Source of the DNA: Nitrospirae bacterium MYbin3
Lineage (GTDB): Bacteria > Nitrospirota > Thermodesulfovibrionia > Thermodesulfovibrionales > Dissulfurispiraceae
DNA length: 32,552 nt
Direction of reading: 5' to 3'
NCBI GenBank assembly: GCA_002753335.1
Contig: PEAD01000009.1
Coordinates: 62,001 to 94,552 of the forward strand
Of the stretch, positions 18,482-27,798 are shown one piece after another. Below the pieces are notes generated by a model. The model saw only the letters and a list, made by a program, of their open reading frames with translations. It was not told the DNA's origin and made no database searches. A program made the translations under genes and the position numbers. Numbering within the stretch: the first letter of the stretch is position 1; every line of letters begins with the position of its first letter.

Positions 18482-19708
18482 TTAATTTATGCTTATCAAT
18501 TCAGATACTGCTTCAAAAGATCTTTTGATACAAATATCCATATTATAATATTGCCACTCACCCCAACGACCAACCGGCAAAATTCTATGCGATTTCAAAT
18601 ATTCTATGATTATATGAGTATTTTTCTGATGATTTCTATCAAATACTACATAGGCATATTCTGTAAATCTATGTCCAAGATAATCATCAATAGGGAAATG
18701 TTTTTTTAGCTCTTCCGGTTCATGGTTGCCAATCATTTCAACAACAAAACTGCTCATGCCCTGTGGACATGCTAAAGGTGATAAATTTCCTTGATACACA
18801 ATTCGATGGTATGGCTGTTCTTGGTCAGGAAAATATTTCCAAGAAACATTTGTTTTTACTTCAGATTTGAAAAGAAAAGTGGTTATTGAGTTCCACTTAA
18901 GATTTGCTGCAGCCTCGCAGACATTTTGGGGGACATCTATTACAGTTGAAACAACTGGCAACGGAATAGTCCAAAAAATGTAGTCAAATCCCTGCAAATC
19001 ATTTATTGTCCATGTTTTTCCATTAAACGATAATTTTTCTACAGCATAGTCAATATAAATATTCGTAAGATTATTTGACATACTATTTATTAAGGTTTCG
19101 ATACCCCCTGATAAAGGATAATAGTATGAAGAGTGTGGCATCTTTCGTTCAGAACTATTTTTTGTTAAAACGGCTCTTAATAGTTCTTCTTTTGTAGGCA
19201 GTGGCATTTTTCCATCAATCCAGTCAATTGACATATCACTTAAATCACAATTCCATATTTTTTTGTTGTATGGAATCATATACTTATTCGCAATTGACTC
19301 TCCAAACATCCAAATTAACCATTGATAAAAATCTTTTGGCTTATCCCCCTTTTCCTTCAAAAAATCAATTAAACAAGGTATTGTCTCGTTAATAGGCAAT
19401 TCGGACAGAGATAGTTCAAATGGGTATGACATTGTCAGGTTGCCATATTGAATCCTTGCATTTCTTGTACTATATTGCCATTTATCTTTTGGCAATAACC
19501 TAAAGATCCAGTCTAAAACATCTCTATGTCTACTATTAAAAACATGCCCCCCATGCAAGTCATAAACGTATCCATCTATAATATCAGTTTTGCATAGACC
19601 ACCTATTCTTTTTTCTTTTTCAAAAAGAACTGTATTATGTCCTGCAGATATTAATCTATCTGCTACGGTTAAACCTGTTAGCCCAGCTCCAAGAACTGCA
19701 ATATTCAT
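18482..19708 (-). CDS. FAD-dependent enzyme, UDP-galactopyranose mutase-like
   Basis: GAGLTG dinucleotide fold, EK...IGG, D..GGHVF, PYNKKIW, YP..GG, GRWGEWQYYNMD. Confidence 0.72.
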   Translation of the reverse strand: MNIAVLGAGLTGLTVADRLISAGHNTVLFEKEKRIGGLCKTDIIDGYVYDLHGGHVFNSRHRDVLDWIFRLLPKDKWQYSTRNARIQYGNLTMSYPFELSLSELPINETIPCLIDFLKEKGDKPKDFYQWLIWMFGESIANKYMIPYNKKIWNCDLSDMSIDWIDGKMPLPTKEELLRAVLTKNSSERKMPHSSYYYPLSGGIETLINSMSNNLTNIYIDYAVEKLSFNGKTWTINDLQGFDYIFWTIPLPVVSTVIDVPQNVCEAAANLKWNSITTFLFKSEVKTNVSWKYFPDQEQPYHRIVYQGNLSPLACPQGMSSFVVEMIGNHEPEELKKHFPIDDYLGHRFTEYAYVVFDRNHQKNTHIIIEYLKSHRILPVGRWGEWQYYNMDICIKRSFEAVSELISIN

Positions 19709-19744
19709 ATGTTTTATGCCGAAAGGTGCATTTTTATCTTAAGG

Positions 19745-21073
19745 TTATGTCTCATTAATTATTAGATTCTTATTATATGGCTGGTATTCTTTTATCAACA
19801 TAGCTAGAATTAAAAAACTAAATATTTCTTTCTTTGTATCTATGAAAAAATCTAATGTTATTCCTGAAAATAAAGTAAATACGAAAAAGAAATAGCAACT
19901 CATAATTATTTCTTTATTGCTAAATTTTCGGAGCTTATAAACTACAAGATAATAGAAGAGAATAATCCATGTTACACCCAGCAAGCCATATTTATATGCA
20001 ACTGTTGCTAATCCAAGATCCTCTGAGAAAATAGCATGCCCTCTATCCCCTCTTTCTTCATGCCTCCCCGAAGCATACCAAAACTTGCCATGACCTACTA
20101 CTGGATGTTTGAGCAGTTCACTCACAAAATGTTTGTGTCCCATAACCCTAGCTGTATAAGAATTAATGCGTGAATAACTCCCATAGGTTTCCTCAACGGT
20201 TTGTTTTAAATACTTGTTAAAGACTGAACCCTCAATTAGAAACTGGCTTAGCAATATGATAACTCCTACAAAAAAAACTGCCATATTTAACTTATTACTA
20301 ATACTAATAAATCTTATATATATCAGAATAAAAGTGGGAATTAAAGCAAACAATATAATCCTTGATTGCATAACCAGCACTACAATCATCAGGTAATAAA
20401 GGAATGCTATTAAAGATTGAGGTTTTTTTGTTTTTAGAAATAAAATAAAATAATAAGTCGTACAAAATATCATAAAAGGAATACCTATAAAAAATCTGTT
20501 AAATCCAAGCCTCGTCTCCGGGCTTATATTTGCTAAATAATACAGGTATTCATTTCGCGATAATGATGCATAAATAATGATAATAGATAATAATAGTCCA
20601 TACAACAAAATAGCTTTTAATATTTTCTTAGAATCCAAATCGCTATATCTAATATAGAAATAAAATAATACTAATAAGTCGAATCTAACGACTTTTAAAC
20701 CATAACTTATTGGCTGATTATCGTAAATTGTTGTTTTCCAGAGGCTTACAAATGATAGCATTACAAATGCAATTACAAGTAAATCATACTTATCAAACTT
20801 TAATTGTTTTTTTATTGCTATAGAAAAAAGCAAAATTGGCAAGATTATAAAATTAATATAATACGAGGGATATGGAAGTGTTCCGCTAAATAGCCAGCCA
20901 GCACTTGTAGTAAGAAGTAGTAAGAAAACTATCAAATATTCTTTTATTTGATCAAAAAGCAAAACAGAAAAACAACTTCCTATAATAAAGATTGATAACA
21001 TTCCATTTATTGAAGTTAGTAGTCCAAAAAAAACACTAAGAATAAAAATTATTATTAATAAAAAAACTGGCAT
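19745..21073 (-). CDS. wzy: putative Wzy polysaccharide polymerase / O-antigen ligase-like membrane protein
   Basis: 442 aa, very AT-rich, roughly 11-12 hydrophobic segments, MQSR, late periplasmic loop with R...HPVVGHG and YGLLG; sits within the GT cluster. Confidence 0.72.
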   Translation of the reverse strand: MPVFLLIIIFILSVFFGLLTSINGMLSIFIIGSCFSVLLFDQIKEYLIVFLLLLTTSAGWLFSGTLPYPSYYINFIILPILLFSIAIKKQLKFDKYDLLVIAFVMLSFVSLWKTTIYDNQPISYGLKVVRFDLLVLFYFYIRYSDLDSKKILKAILLYGLLLSIIIIYASLSRNEYLYYLANISPETRLGFNRFFIGIPFMIFCTTYYFILFLKTKKPQSLIAFLYYLMIVVLVMQSRIILFALIPTFILIYIRFISISNKLNMAVFFVGVIILLSQFLIEGSVFNKYLKQTVEETYGSYSRINSYTARVMGHKHFVSELLKHPVVGHGKFWYASGRHEERGDRGHAIFSEDLGLATVAYKYGLLGVTWIILFYYLVVYKLRKFSNKEIIMSCYFFFVFTLFSGITLDFFIDTKKEIFSFLILAMLIKEYQPYNKNLIINET

Positions 21074-21088
21074 TTCAATACGATATTT

Positions 21089-22231
21089 TTAAAAATTATC
21101 TGATATGGTTTTTAATTGTTTGAAAATTAGCTGGGCAGACTTGCCGTGACCGTAAGGGTTATGTGCTTTAGCTATAGCATTATAATAGTTGATGTTATGA
21201 ATCAGTTTGTTAACCGCATAAAAAATTTTACTTTTCTCTGTTCCAACTAGTATAGCTGTGCCTGCATTAACCGCCTCAGGTCGTTCTGTTATGTTTCTCA
21301 TTACAAGTACAGGTTTCCCTAATGACGGCGCTTCTTCTTGTATTCCACCCGAATCGGTAACAATTAAATAAGAACGGCTCATAAGGTAGACAAATGGGAG
21401 ATAATCTAAAGGTTCAATAAGATGGATATTGGTAAAATTGCTATTGCCAAGAATATTCCTTACAGGTTCCTGCACATTAGGGTTTAAATGAACAGGATAA
21501 ATTATCTCAACATCTTTTTGTGTATTCGCAATTTCAGAAAGAGCCAGGCAGATATTTTCAAAACCTTCTCCAAAGCTCTCCCTACGGTGTCCTGTTACTA
21601 GGATTAGTTTTTTATTGGGATCAAGATAGTCAAAAGTTTTTTCAAGCTGACCTTTTATCGAGCTATCCGTTTCTATTCTTTTTAAGGTTAACAACAGAGA
21701 ATCAATGACAGTATTACCTGTTATATAAATAGTGTCTCTTGGCACACCCTCTCTAAGAAGATTGTCGCATGCAATTTGAGTCGGTGCGAAATGATAGTCC
21801 GCTATCACACTTGCAACCCGGCGGTTAATCTCTTCAGGGAATGGCGAAAACTTGTTGTGCGTGCGTAGCCCTGCTTCAATATGTCCAATTTTTACCTTTG
21901 CATAAAAACCTGCGAGAGAGGCTGCCATAGCAGTTGTAGTGTCCCCTTGAACAAGAATAATATGAGGCTGTTCTCTTTCAAGCACCTTTTTTAGATCTGA
22001 TAATACATTGCAGGTTACGTCAAAGAGGTCCTGACTGGGTTTCATGATATCCAAATCGTAGTCAGGCTTTATCTCAAAAAGATTTAAAACCTGGTCAAGC
22101 ATTCGCCGGTGTTGAGCCGTAACACAAATACATGACTTAAATATATCTGGGTGTTTTCTTAGCTCTAAAATTACTGGGGCCATCTTTATGGCTTCAGGTC
22201 TTGTGCCAAATACAAATAGCACTCGAATCAT
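21089..22231 (-). CDS. wecB: UDP-N-acetylglucosamine 2-epimerase (non-hydrolysing)
   Basis: FGTRPEAIKMAP, TAQHR, VQGDTTT, HIEAGLRT, PFPEEINR, TGHRRE, TDSGGIQEEAPSLGKP, TERPE. Confidence 0.97.
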   Translation of the reverse strand: MIRVLFVFGTRPEAIKMAPVILELRKHPDIFKSCICVTAQHRRMLDQVLNLFEIKPDYDLDIMKPSQDLFDVTCNVLSDLKKVLEREQPHIILVQGDTTTAMAASLAGFYAKVKIGHIEAGLRTHNKFSPFPEEINRRVASVIADYHFAPTQIACDNLLREGVPRDTIYITGNTVIDSLLLTLKRIETDSSIKGQLEKTFDYLDPNKKLILVTGHRRESFGEGFENICLALSEIANTQKDVEIIYPVHLNPNVQEPVRNILGNSNFTNIHLIEPLDYLPFVYLMSRSYLIVTDSGGIQEEAPSLGKPVLVMRNITERPEAVNAGTAILVGTEKSKIFYAVNKLIHNINYYNAIAKAHNPYGHGKSAQLIFKQLKTISDNF

Positions 22232-22280
22232 AATAAATCCCCTATAAAAGAGACATTAATAATTAGAGATGCGTATCCTT

Positions 22281-22928
22281 TCAATTATTGCCCCCAAGCA
22301 TTTTCTTTAGCGCAGGATTTAAGGATTCATGAAGTACGGTTATAAACTCTCTCTGCACATCATAATCTTTTTGAAAATCACGTTCGTTTGAAAAAGAAGA
22401 AACCCTCACAAGCATGCCGCCTGCATCTGCACCGAAGAAACTGTAATAAATCTGTTTTAGTTTGCGCTCAAAATGGTTTGTGACAACCTTGCCATTCAGT
22501 ACTATCCAGTATTGAACGGTTTCTGTGCTTTGTGTTCCTGATTTTACAAGAAGCCTGTTAAGTTCAAGCTTTATATCGTCTAGCCGTCCGGTTCCAAACA
22601 ATGTAACATCAAACCCTGCTGCCCTGTAACAGCCTTCTGGTGCATGGATGCTAAAATTTTGCCGCTGATCGCCCCCATATGCGATTGCAAGCATTATCTT
22701 CTTTCCGTCTGTTCGTTCATACACCCTGAAAAGAATGTTATTGAGAAAATCGTTTTTGTTGTTTTCTTCGCTTATCATCTTCCAATAGCCTATCTTTGTT
22801 GGGATTGCATTAAGGTCAATCTGATTTGGCTGAATGTGCCGCTCTACCTTGTAAAAAAAGGTGAAAACTGCTGCCAAAGCAAAAAGGGCAAGCACTACAA
22901 AATACTTTTTCTTATCGGTTATCTGCAT
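22281..22928 (-). CDS. epsI: exosortase-associated EpsI family protein
   Basis: N-terminal TM, IPTKIGYW, R.Y......IMLAIAY, HAPEGCYRAAGF, VQYW, GMLVRVS; overlaps the exosortase stop. Confidence 0.9.
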   Translation of the reverse strand: MQITDKKKYFVVLALFALAAVFTFFYKVERHIQPNQIDLNAIPTKIGYWKMISEENNKNDFLNNILFRVYERTDGKKIMLAIAYGGDQRQNFSIHAPEGCYRAAGFDVTLFGTGRLDDIKLELNRLLVKSGTQSTETVQYWIVLNGKVVTNHFERKLKQIYYSFFGADAGGMLVRVSSFSNERDFQKDYDVQREFITVLHESLNPALKKMLGGNN

Positions 22929-23760
22929 AAACAGTTTTTCTGTTTAAAAATACATCTATAAGAACAAGGCAACCGATTGCAATAATAAAGAGCAGTAAGC
23001 CAGAAAAATTATGGAAAAAGCCCTGGCCTGCATGTTCTCCATAATAGTAAGTAATAAGCGCAAGTACAATAAGCCTTATAATATTTGCAATGATAGAAAT
23101 CGGAATAATTGATAAGAAAAGAAAAGCTTTTTTAAGATTTGATATATTCTGCAGGTACGCATATAAAGCACCTACAGCTAATAGCGATACAAGGGAACGC
23201 AGGCCGCTGCATGCATCACCAACTACAATTGTGTAGTCGCCGATAAAAAGTAGTACCCCATTTCTGTTTATTGTATAACCCGCAATATGCAAAAATATCT
23301 CTGATGTCTTAGCCACAATAAGTTTAAGCGGGGATGTGACCATATCAATAAAAAAAAGCGGCGGCGGTATTAGGAAAACAAGAAACATGGCAGGAAAAAG
23401 AACCATCGCCAATGCCTGTCTGCCAAGGAGAAAGCCTGTTGTTCCAATAAAAATGGGGATTATAGAAAACGACTCAACAAGCAATGCCTTGTGTATTGAT
23501 CCCATAACATAGCAGAAAAGTCCGAATAAAATTACGCAAAGATAGGATAGGTGAAACTTTGTATCTGTCGGCATTGATATAAACTTTTTCTCCCTCCAAA
23601 GAAGCCACAGAAAAGCACCAAGGATAAGAGGGCCATGGCTATAATCAGCCTGCCTCCAGCCATAAGAAAACAGTTTATAAAATGTCGGGACAAAAAGAGC
23701 TGCTAATGCAAGATACGTAAGAATAGTAAGCGAATGTGTTTTGATTATTTGTGCTTGCAT
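22912..23760 (-). CDS. xrt: exosortase (EpsH family; exosortase B-like by context)
   Basis: Multi-TM protein with YSHG, and the Cys/Arg/His triad in DACSGLRS, ANIIR and FFHNFSG. Confidence 0.93.
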   Translation of the reverse strand: MQAQIIKTHSLTILTYLALAALFVPTFYKLFSYGWRQADYSHGPLILGAFLWLLWREKKFISMPTDTKFHLSYLCVILFGLFCYVMGSIHKALLVESFSIIPIFIGTTGFLLGRQALAMVLFPAMFLVFLIPPPLFFIDMVTSPLKLIVAKTSEIFLHIAGYTINRNGVLLFIGDYTIVVGDACSGLRSLVSLLAVGALYAYLQNISNLKKAFLFLSIIPISIIANIIRLIVLALITYYYGEHAGQGFFHNFSGLLLFIIAIGCLVLIDVFLNRKTVYADNR

Positions 23761-23803
23761 ATGTAAATATTTCGAACTGAATTACAGAAGAAAATTATAG
23801 GCT

Positions 23804-24775
23804 CTATCCCTGCTTTGCACAAAACCACTCGTACGCTTTTTTTATTCCATCCCTGAATCCGGTTTTTGCGGTCCAACCGAGTGATGTCATTTTCGATACA
23901 TCCAGCGTTTTTCTCATCATGCCGTCAGGTTTTGAGGTGTCGAATTTTAATTCTCCCTCATAGCCAACAATATTTTTAACAAGCAGAGCTAGTTCTTTTA
24001 TGGTTATTTCTTTTCCTGTGCCTATATTGACTATCTGGCTTTCGTTGTAGTTCTGCATCAGGAAAAGACAGGCGTCCGCAAGGTCGTCAACATAAAGGAA
24101 TTCGCGGCGCGGCGTGCCTGTTCCCCAGATCTCAACATGCGGTTTTCGGTTTGCTTTAGCTTCATGAAATTTTCTTATCAATGCCGGTAGCACATGTGAA
24201 TTCTGCAGGTCAAAGTTGTCGCCAATTCCGTAGAGATTCGTTGGCATAGCAGATATGAAATTTGTTCCATGCTGCCTGTTGTATGACTGGCACATCCTGA
24301 TGCCCGCGATCTTTGCAATTGCATAAGGCTCGTTTGTAGGTTCAAGATATCCTGAAAGGAGATGCTCTTCTTTCATAGGCTGTGGGCAATTCTTTGGATA
24401 GATGCAGGAACTGCCGAGAAACAGCAGTTTCTTTGTTCCTGTCATATATGCAGAATGTATGACGTTATTTTGTATCGCTAGGTTGCTGTAAATAAAGTCG
24501 GCCGGATATGTGTTGTTGGCATATATTCCGCCAACTTTTGCGGCAGCCACAAAAACATACTCAGGCTTGCGTTCTTTAAAAAGATTTTCGACTTCGGCCT
24601 GTCTTGTAAGGTCAATATTTAAAAAAGAAACTTTCTCCGAGTATTTCTCTTCCGGTTTATTCTTGCTGTAGGTCGAAACCAGATTTGTAAAGCCTTCTGT
24701 TAAAAGCCTTCTTATTATGGCGCTGCCGACCATGCCGCTTCCGCCGGCAACGAATATCAAGGAATCTTTATTCAT
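23804..24775 (-). CDS. fcl: GDP-L-fucose synthase
   Basis: [60 protein letters not shown]. Confidence 0.97.
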   Translation of the reverse strand: MNKDSLIFVAGGSGMVGSAIIRRLLTEGFTNLVSTYSKNKPEEKYSEKVSFLNIDLTRQAEVENLFKERKPEYVFVAAAKVGGIYANNTYPADFIYSNLAIQNNVIHSAYMTGTKKLLFLGSSCIYPKNCPQPMKEEHLLSGYLEPTNEPYAIAKIAGIRMCQSYNRQHGTNFISAMPTNLYGIGDNFDLQNSHVLPALIRKFHEAKANRKPHVEIWGTGTPRREFLYVDDLADACLFLMQNYNESQIVNIGTGKEITIKELALLVKNIVGYEGELKFDTSKPDGMMRKTLDVSKMTSLGWTAKTGFRDGIKKAYEWFCAKQG

Positions 24776-25856
24776 AGTAACCGAAAGTTTTAAAGCCCTC
24801 TCTTTTGCATAGCTGGTCGCGCTCCGCCTCGTTTAGGTCTTCCCGCACCATCTCGGCCACGAGCTCTTTAAAAGAAACAGTCGGTGTCCATCCAAGCTTT
24901 TCTTTGGCTTTAGTGTAGTCGCCGAGAAGTGAATCAACTTCGGTAGGACGGAAGTAGCGCGGGTCAACCTCTACCAAAGTATTACCTGATTTTTTCTCGA
25001 TGCCTTTTTCTTCAAGACCCTCGCCCTTCCACTGAATATCAATGCCGATCTCGTTGAATGAGGCTTCGATAAACTCTCTTACAGAATATTGATGACCTGT
25101 CGCTATGACATAATCTTCAGGCTTTTCCTGCTGAAGTATCAGCCACTGCGCCTTCACAAAATCTTTTGCATGTCCCCAATCTCGCTTTGCATTAAGGTTG
25201 CCGAGGTAAAGCTTATCCTGCAGGCCAAGCTTTATACGTGCAACCGCCCGGGTAATTTTTCTGGTAACAAAGGTTTCGCCGCGTACAGGAGATTCATGGT
25301 TGAACAAAATCCCATTGCAGGCAAAGAAATCGTAAGCTTCCCTGTAGTTCACCGTAATCCAGTACGAGTAAAGTTTAGCTACAGCGTAAGGGCTTCGCGG
25401 GTAGAAAGGGGTGGTCTCTTTTTGCGGAACCTCCTGCACTTTGCCGTAAAGTTCGGATGATGAGGCCTGATAGAATTTTGTTTTCTTAGCCAGCCCCAGT
25501 ATTCTTATAGCTTCCAAAAGCCTCAATGTTCCGAGGGCATCGGCATTTGCGGTATATTCTGGGGTCTCAAAAGAAACCTTCACATGACTTTGTGCAGCCA
25601 GGTTATAAAGCTCGTCAGGCTGAGCTTCCTGAATTATGCGTATAAGATTCGTTGAGTCTGTCATATCCCCATAATGCAGCTTGAAGTTTATATTTTTTTC
25701 ATGCGGATCCATATAAAGATGATCAATTCTGTCGCTGTTGAAAAGCGATGCTCTGCGCTTTATGCCATGCACCTCATAGCCTTTACTAAGCAAAAACTCG
25801 GCGAGATATGCGCCGTCCTGTCCGGTAATGCCTGTTATCAAAGCTTTCTTAGACAT
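24768..25856 (-). CDS. gmd: GDP-mannose 4,6-dehydratase
   Basis: [68 protein letters not shown]. Confidence 0.98.
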   Translation of the reverse strand: MSKKALITGITGQDGAYLAEFLLSKGYEVHGIKRRASLFNSDRIDHLYMDPHEKNINFKLHYGDMTDSTNLIRIIQEAQPDELYNLAAQSHVKVSFETPEYTANADALGTLRLLEAIRILGLAKKTKFYQASSSELYGKVQEVPQKETTPFYPRSPYAVAKLYSYWITVNYREAYDFFACNGILFNHESPVRGETFVTRKITRAVARIKLGLQDKLYLGNLNAKRDWGHAKDFVKAQWLILQQEKPEDYVIATGHQYSVREFIEASFNEIGIDIQWKGEGLEEKGIEKKSGNTLVEVDPRYFRPTEVDSLLGDYTKAKEKLGWTPTVSFKELVAEMVREDLNEAERDQLCKREGFKTFGYYE

Positions 25857-25887
25857 TTGTTGATTTCTCCTTAAACTTTTTTTCGCG

Positions 25888-25929
25888 CTCCGCCCCCTCG
25901 GCTACATTTGCAGTATTCGAGCGGCGGAG
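25888..25929. other. GC-rich stem-loop between epsD and gmd
   Basis: CTCCGCC..CTCG (25888-25900) pairs with CGAG.GGCGGAG (25918-25929). No U-tract follows on the coding strand. Confidence 0.5.
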
Positions 25930-25952
25930 AATGGAATTTTTTGTTTGTATTG

Positions 25953-26816
25953 CTAATTTATTTTTTCAAGAAGGTTTTCGTTAACCTGAACCTTTATGTC
26001 CTTCTTGAGTTCATCTATATGCTTTTTCAAAGATTCCTGAAACTGCTCATTCTTAAGCTGATTTTTCAATCCATCTTTAACCTGTTCAAAGGTGTAGGAT
26101 ACGGTTCTTCTGTCGGTTATTCTGTATATCTCATATCCACCGGACATTTTGTAAACGCCGCTTATTTCGCCAACCTTCATTTTGAATATATCTTCTCTAA
26201 CTTCAGCCGGAAGCTGTTTTTTTATGAAATACCCTACATCACCACGCCGCAGCGCGCTGATTTTATCTGTAGAATATCGGGCCGCAAGCTCAGCAAACTC
26301 TTTTTTTTCTTTGAGTTTGAGAAGCATGTCGTCAGCCTCTTTTTTATCGGATAAAACAATCTGGCTTAGACGCACTTCTTCCCTGTTTTTAAACTCATCC
26401 GGATGGCTGTTGTAATAGTTCTGAACATCTTTATCTTCGACTTTGATTTTACTGAGCACCTCTTTTTGCAGATAGGTTGTTACTATAAGTTCTTTTTTTA
26501 TATCTTCAAGCTTGCGCTGCAGTTCTGCATCTTTTTCTGTGCTTTTTTTAACCGCATCCGAATAAAGTATTTCCCTGTTAACCATGCCTTCGAGCAACGC
26601 TCGCTTGCCCTTGCCAGCCACCGCAAGCTTCTGAATAGACTCGGGAAGGTTGCCCAGCTGTCGTTCGAACGAATTTATGGTTATCTCTTTTTTGCCGACG
26701 CGGGCCAGCACCTGGCTTGATTTAGCCATGTCATCCGAGCCGCTGCAGCCAGGCAGAAAAATCAGCGTTGTAGAAAGGACTAAGGATAAATTTATTATGC
26801 GGTGACCTATTTCCAA
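25953..26816 (-). CDS. epsD: EpsD-like PpiC/parvulin-fold lipoprotein
   Basis: TTG start after AAGGAGG, lipobox LPGC, SurA-like N-region (VLARVG..EIT), FAELAARYSTD, RGDVGYF. Confidence 0.8.
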   Translation of the reverse strand: MEIGHRIINLSLVLSTTLIFLPGCSGSDDMAKSSQVLARVGKKEITINSFERQLGNLPESIQKLAVAGKGKRALLEGMVNREILYSDAVKKSTEKDAELQRKLEDIKKELIVTTYLQKEVLSKIKVEDKDVQNYYNSHPDEFKNREEVRLSQIVLSDKKEADDMLLKLKEKKEFAELAARYSTDKISALRRGDVGYFIKKQLPAEVREDIFKMKVGEISGVYKMSGGYEIYRITDRRTVSYTFEQVKDGLKNQLKNEQFQESLKKHIDELKKDIKVQVNENLLEKIN

Positions 26817-26897
26817 GAAAACCTCCTTTACAACTATTCAACTGTATTTATGCTGAAGGCTTTATTCGAAAAAATCTTATAAGAAAACTGCGGTCTG

Positions 26898-27797
26898 CTA
26901 AAAAAATTTAAACCGCTTCGGTTGTTTTTTTGTGTCCGGTTCATTTATTATCGAGCCCAAGATTCTTGCTGCCGATGTTTTTAGCTGTTTTTTGACATTG
27001 TCGAACGATTCTTTTTTTGTATCTCCTTTAAGCGCAACCATCAAAATGCCATCAACAAGATTTGAAATTACAAGGGCGTCTGCTGTATTGCTAAAGGCCG
27101 GAGTATCAACTATAACAACATCATACATGCCTTTAAGTGATGTTATTATCTCTTTTGTGTCAGGCCAGCCTAAAAGCTCGAGAGGATTAGGAGGCTGAGG
27201 TCCGGAAGAAAGTATATGAAGCGTAGGGATTGGGGTGCAGGAAATAGCCTGCGCTAGAGACGCCCTTTTTATGATGACACTGCTCATGCCGCAGTTATTT
27301 TTTAGATTGAATATCTCATGTATCCGAGGCTTCCTGAAGTTCGCATCAACAAGGACTGTTTTAGATCCAAGCTGGGCGAAGGTCGCAGCTAAATTGGCAG
27401 AGATGAATGTCTTGCCGTCACCTTGGTTTGGGCTGACCATAGCGACCGCTTTTAAAACACTGCCTATTCCAGAAAGAACCAGTTTGCTTCGGAGCGACCG
27501 GAAAACCTCTATCTGATGGCTGAAGGGCTGAAGAATAGAAACAAGTTCCCGGCCGATAGGATATTTCTCATCGCCCAAATATGGATATGAAAACTGATGG
27601 GAAAGCGCTCGATTAACATCATCTTTTGTAAGTATCCCGAGATTGACAGCCGCTTCGCCAAAAAGCATGCCTTTCTCTTCTTGCAAAGCGACTATTTTTT
27701 CGAGATCTGCAGCAGTTATTTTTCCGGTATCTTTAAGGATGCTGCCTATATCTTTTGCTGAATTGGCATCCATGGTGCATGACGCTTTGTCGCTCAC
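26898..27797 (-). CDS. epsG: EpsG-like chain-length determinant tyrosine kinase (BY-kinase family) with N-terminal MshEN-like repeat
   Basis: E.FRSLRS, Walker A SPNQGDGKT, A' VLVDANFRKP, PPNPLELL, Walker B VIVDTP; GTG start after GAGGAG. Confidence 0.88.
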   Translation of the reverse strand: MSDKASCTMDANSAKDIGSILKDTGKITAADLEKIVALQEEKGMLFGEAAVNLGILTKDDVNRALSHQFSYPYLGDEKYPIGRELVSILQPFSHQIEVFRSLRSKLVLSGIGSVLKAVAMVSPNQGDGKTFISANLAATFAQLGSKTVLVDANFRKPRIHEIFNLKNNCGMSSVIIKRASLAQAISCTPIPTLHILSSGPQPPNPLELLGWPDTKEIITSLKGMYDVVIVDTPAFSNTADALVISNLVDGILMVALKGDTKKESFDNVKKQLKTSAARILGSIINEPDTKKQPKRFKFF

Positions 27798-27798
27798 A

